Assembly: GCA_044070495.1 (NCBI GenBank)
Contig: JBIPSI010000040.1
Span: forward strand, 1 to 41,016
DNA: 41,016 nt
Direction of reading: 5' to 3'
DNA from: Spirulina sp.
Lineage (GTDB): Bacteria; Cyanobacteriota; Cyanobacteriia; Phormidesmidales; Phormidesmidaceae
Shown: positions 38,201-41,016 of the stretch, one piece after another
Numbering within the stretch: position 1 is the stretch's first letter
How the letters are laid out: the number at the start of each line of letters is the position of its first letter
Program-made: the position numbers and the translations under genes
The notes under the pieces: model-generated
Database searches by the model: none
Told to the model about the DNA's origin: nothing
The model's input: only the letters and a program-made list of their open reading frames with translations

Positions 38201-40445
38201 CGACAGCCGCCCCGATCCGGCTGGCCCCCACTGGCAACCCCGCTACGACAGCTACCTGGCTTTTCTAGATGATCAAGGTCAGCCCCACCGGGAGGTCGCC
38301 CGCCTGCGCCTCTCCGACACGCCCGCCGATACCCAGGGCTTCACCAGCCTCACCCAAGCGGGGGGCAGCGTGGTGGTATGGCTCAGCGACGACGAGGGCA
38401 ACTCGGATCAAAAGGGGATCTACGCGGTCAACGTCACCGAGCAGGGGGCGTTTCAGGCCCAGGTCGATCCCTACAGGCCGCTACTGCACAGTGGGCGATA
38501 CCAAAGCCATACCCTCAGTCAGTTTGCGCCCCCCGCCGCCCCCGCCATCCCCACCGTGGCCATGGCCTGGACTGGGGGTACCTATGCCTTACTCTGGGGC
38601 AGTGTGAACACCCAATGGCAGCTCATCCTCGCCAATGGAGATGGCTTACCCGATGGGCCCTTGGAGAACTTTACCCGCCAGTCCCTCGCCTTTGAGAATA
38701 GTCTGAACAGCAGCTTGCATTGGGCTGGCACCCATTTAGTGGCGACCCACGCGACGGCACTGACGGTGCAAACAATACTCATGGACGGGTTGGGACAACG
38801 GGTAGACAGCTTTGGCACCCAGGGGATCCATACGATCGCGGCAGTCCCCAACCCTGCCGTTGCCCCCCAGATCGCCACCGTGGGCAGCGATCACCACTTG
38901 CAGGTCATCCTCGTCTATGGCACCGTCCGCGACGGGGAAAACCACCTGCGGTATACCGTGCTCAATCGCCAGGGCAATGCCGATGTGAGCCTGCGGGATT
39001 TAGCCCGCGCCGATGGCACCGCCCACCACGGCTGGTACCACTACATCGCCGCCGAAGGTCACAGCATTGCCGCTTGGCATGGGCCACAGGGCGGTCACAC
39101 CGGGGTGTACCTCAATCGCTTTCGGCTGAATGGCCAAGGGCAGCACCGCCAGCCCATTGCGTTAACCGACTTACCAGGCACCTCCCGCCAAGCGGTGATT
39201 GCCCCCCGTCCGGTGTTGTTTGGCCTCGGTCTGCAACGGCGGCAGGAGGGCCATAAAATCCGGTGGCGTCCGGTGGCAGAGGCCTCCCAAAAACGCCGTC
39301 AGCGGGAATACGGCATTGCCTGGGAATATCGCCCTCTGGCCACCGCCCCGACCGAAATTCGCTTTAGCCGACTCAACCGCGATGGCTCGGTGGGATCGGT
39401 GCGGGATATCGTCGTTGTTGCTGGCCCCCAGCCCGCCACCGAACCCCAACTGATTTGGCACAACGATGGCTATGGTCTGGCGTGGTTGCAACCCGATACC
39501 GCAGATGGCCCTCGCCGCCTGCGATTTACCGTGCTCGATGAAGACGGTCGCCGCGTCAACCTGGCCCCCCAAGGTGCAGGGACGCCGATTCCGGCCCCAG
39601 ACGCTATCGTCAGTGGCCCTGGCGATGTCCAACGGTTCCATCTCGTGTGGAATGGTCGCACGGTGCGGCTCCTCTGGGTCGAGCAAGTCAACGGAAACCT
39701 GCTCCATCGCCAAGGGGCGATCGCCCTGCCTGGCCCAGGCGATCCGCCCACTTACGATCACCCTTACCAGCACCCCAGTGCGGCGCTGCTGCGGGCCACC
39801 CTGATCAACGGTGCCACAAACCTGCGCTGCACTAACTTACCTAACCTCAGCAACCATCCCCTCGATGGCTATGGCTGGGGCCGTCTGAACCTACGGCAAG
39901 CCCTAGCCCCATCGCCCCCGGTCACGTTTCAGGTGCGGGATGACAACGCGATCGCCAGCGGTACCACCATTACCTACCAGTTTTCACTGCCCCCCAATAC
40001 GCGCCTACTGCGAGTGACCCTAGCCTGGACAGATCCCCCTGGTGCCCGGTTAGTGAACTCCCTACACCTACGCCTCACTACTCCCACCGCTGGCTCCATC
40101 CCCGCCCAAACCTATGTGGGCAACCGCTGGCATCCCGCCCCCGCTGGGTTAGACCCTAACCGCCCCTGCCAGGATGCCCAGGGCAATTCCTCCTCGGCCC
40201 AGTACAGCGCCCCCGTGCCTACCCCGCCCCCCAGCAACCTATTCCAAGATATCCACAACGTCGAACAAATTGTCTTACCCGATCCACCGCCAGGGGTCTA
40301 TCGGGTGGAAGTCATTGGCGGGGCATTCCGTCCTCATGCTTTTCAGCAGTTCCCTGGTCAGCCCTTTGCCCTGGTATTTGTTGGCAGCGGAGCCGAAGTT
40401 CGCTTTGGCACTCCTCCCATGCCCGCCAATCTGCCTTATTTCTAA
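35295..40445 (+). CDS. S8 subtilase, 1716 aa, with ~850-aa insertion in the catalytic domain
   Basis: D289 (VIDSG), H357 (HGTHVTG), NNSWG, AAGN, FSSRG, PDLVAPG, S623 (GTSMAAP); PSAALLRATLINGA only at aa 1494, then GWGRLNL and C-terminal VTLAWTD...NVEQI jelly-roll. No signal peptide evident. Confidence 0.92.
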   Translation: MPRQTALLHLHPHRRPEQLAYIQARTEVVYAMGDALWAAITEEQIDRFMAQGIGVQIQTTAALIELPSVVFNPAEGVPIPAANLRVSPPTGETTAYYLVQVGAPLGDEAITPIEALGGVYVQSLPEYALVFRLTVAQATAAAALPWVSWVGLYHPGYALSYDLVNREEPYPISALQHLARDVTQGLIEGPLMFTPFEDRVPDDLREAIAATGASLRQNSRYGLVGEATADHVLAIAHIPGIQAIEPYQDPALGNQRAGIIVGVNQVRSGGNVDFLINLDGQGEIVGVIDSGIDHHHPDLRQSNAATPTSRIIYRWNLNADPALDTLIPPVATGDTPPVPDFSNIPASGIIPIIKGPHGTHVTGTLVGNGTWAAADTDPTHSTQPQGMAPAAQVIFHAAQEDLYRISGKANFTNFLQGWLEAHQRGARVHNNSWGGIRFGSSGHHNAYTQAISAVIDSFAYCHPESLVVFAAGNDEGDYNGNGVLDMNRLSQEVVAKNILCVGASENVTRTDGSDRTYQQRAASAGKTPQERRRFDHGNFTALAGTPPIPLEFPISDNADQVALFSSRGRVRGSQRVRPDLVAPGTNVVSLRPQDGTLPMALGETGLAAVSADGDVYYAASGTSMAAPVVSGAAVLTRQFYRSRFGQLRRPVWLDAVSQFMAHQLAIAATPTSVAIVWVRPEGGHVHLVGATYSHTLQQRGDTVLARQSPIQILQPQGGDQPFPRLAVHGDRWLLLYRTPDHHLHLQRYNADLSRDTRFGSGGNVPLGAAVRPEPNRLASLAVQGDTAFVVWPEAGSETLQFGRFRATSGEPMGTVEAIGTVTETTIHNNLVFTGSHYATVWVQQTGDTYTLQARRINPRGQVLGAAATELVTQTDPLQAPHLAWQPTTQTYRVVWVTPQAAGDTLHTLALQADLTPIGTPQIVSLPPEPSTLGPLTRPPQRLRHPHLAPHPRSGYVLTWEDNSQLFWSHDSRPDPAGPHWQPRYDSYLAFLDDQGQPHREVARLRLSDTPADTQGFTSLTQAGGSVVVWLSDDEGNSDQKGIYAVNVTEQGAFQAQVDPYRPLLHSGRYQSHTLSQFAPPAAPAIPTVAMAWTGGTYALLWGSVNTQWQLILANGDGLPDGPLENFTRQSLAFENSLNSSLHWAGTHLVATHATALTVQTILMDGLGQRVDSFGTQGIHTIAAVPNPAVAPQIATVGSDHHLQVILVYGTVRDGENHLRYTVLNRQGNADVSLRDLARADGTAHHGWYHYIAAEGHSIAAWHGPQGGHTGVYLNRFRLNGQGQHRQPIALTDLPGTSRQAVIAPRPVLFGLGLQRRQEGHKIRWRPVAEASQKRRQREYGIAWEYRPLATAPTEIRFSRLNRDGSVGSVRDIVVVAGPQPATEPQLIWHNDGYGLAWLQPDTADGPRRLRFTVLDEDGRRVNLAPQGAGTPIPAPDAIVSGPGDVQRFHLVWNGRTVRLLWVEQVNGNLLHRQGAIALPGPGDPPTYDHPYQHPSAALLRATLINGATNLRCTNLPNLSNHPLDGYGWGRLNLRQALAPSPPVTFQVRDDNAIASGTTITYQFSLPPNTRLLRVTLAWTDPPGARLVNSLHLRLTTPTAGSIPAQTYVGNRWHPAPAGLDPNRPCQDAQGNSSSAQYSAPVPTPPPSNLFQDIHNVEQIVLPDPPPGVYRVEVIGGAFRPHAFQQFPGQPFALVFVGSGAEVRFGTPPMPANLPYF

Positions 40446-40473
40446 ACCAAGGGCAACCTCTAGTGAGTGAAAC

Positions 40474-40492
40474 CTGGTTGACTGACAAAACT
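40474..40492. repeat. Solo TIR of the 497-626 MITE family
   Basis: CTGGTTGACTGACAAAACT identical to 497-515. Confidence 0.8.
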
Positions 40493-40623
40493 AATCGGTA
40501 ATACGGCAGTATGTGAATATAGTAGTACATACGTATTTTAAACTCGATTCGATTGGTGCGCTGGTCATGCTGTTTCTGAGACGCCATAGCAGGTTCCTGA
40601 AGTTAGGTTGACCTAACTTATAT

Positions 40624-40711
40624 GGCTCTTCCGGTCGGATCATGCAAATATAGAAGGCCGAAAGGTTTCAAACCCTTACATAGCAATGCTTACAAGGTTT
40701 ACTCCTTGGAG
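40624..40711. mobile_element. ISL3-type end, apparently interrupted by the IS1634-type element
   Basis: GGCTCTTCCGG at 40624-40634, identical to the TIR at 13429. Confidence 0.55.
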
Positions 40712-40876
40712 CCGACATTCCGCAGGTTGACAAAAAGAATATTGGGGGTGGCTAAGTTAAGCTCAGGACAAGGATTGGGGTTGCGCCTTGGAGATAGAAA
40801 ACCTGGATCATTTGGGCTTGGTGGCGGCGTTAGTGGACGAGATTGGCCTGGTCGAGCTCACCAACGAGGTTCTGGC
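40712..40876 (+). mobile_element. IS1634-family element left end with transposase 5' fragment
   Basis: TIR CCGACATTCCGCAGGTTGAC (40712-40731); frame from 40788 reads LEIENLDHLGLVAALVDEIGLVELTNEVL, the IS1634 N-terminal DHLG motif; cut at 40876. Confidence 0.85.
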
Positions 40877-41016
40877 CTGACTGCCTGACAGAAGTGGGTG
40901 AAAGGCTTGAAACCTCGTAGAGCGAGGGGGAAAAGGTGAGGTGACATGAGACGCTGGAATTTGCGTATCTCAGGGTCTTTGCCATGCCAGCCCCCACCTG
41001 TCTTTATGATCAAGTG
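40877..41016 (+). mobile_element. Left end of a probable IS4-family element inserted in the IS1634 transposase
   Basis: CTGACTGCCTGACAGAA resembles the MITE TIRs; an ORF starts at 40984 (MPAPTCLYDQV) and runs off the window. Confidence 0.55.

Noticed and set aside
37230..39770. Intein or intron in the subtilase
   Set aside because: Frame is continuous, with no splice-junction residues, LAGLIDADG or RT motifs.
12651..40731. Whole locus as an IS1634 composite transposon
   Set aside because: The left element has its own complete TSD, indicating an independent insertion, and the right element's far end is outside the window.

Overview
Cyanobacterial genomic DNA (HIP1 GCGATCGC sites, heptamer tandem repeats, cyanobacterial Zur boxes) in three blocks. 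(1) 1-10.1 kb: a DUF3368/PIN-type gene hit twice by MITEs, then a zinc-starvation cluster with two Zur boxes: two COG0523 GTPases, a WD40 protein, a Zn-independent hemB, znuA-znuC-znuB and a divergent FAD/NAD(P)-binding protein. (2) 10.1-13.6 kb: IS and MITE debris (IS1-, IS4-, IS1634-, IS5- and ISL3-type ends). (3) 13.7-40.4 kb: an apparently intact 17-gene, single-strand locus for a headless contractile tail: sheath, one tube, fused tail chaperone, Pro-rich protein, tube initiator, 1125-aa helical protein, RHS protein, separate hub and spike, PAAR-like tip, gp25, baseplate J, second wedge, collar, fibre, coiled-coil protein, possible cap, and a 1716-aa subtilase. No capsid, portal, terminase, integrase, holin/endolysin cassette, AAA+ ATPase or T6SS membrane complex is visible. 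It therefore looks like a non-canonical contractile injection system, with two unusual candidate effectors: a short-shell RHS with an oversized multi-domain C-terminus, and a subtilase with an ~850-aa insertion in its catalytic domain. Family assignments come from motif recognition by eye; no database search was run, so novelty is unverified.
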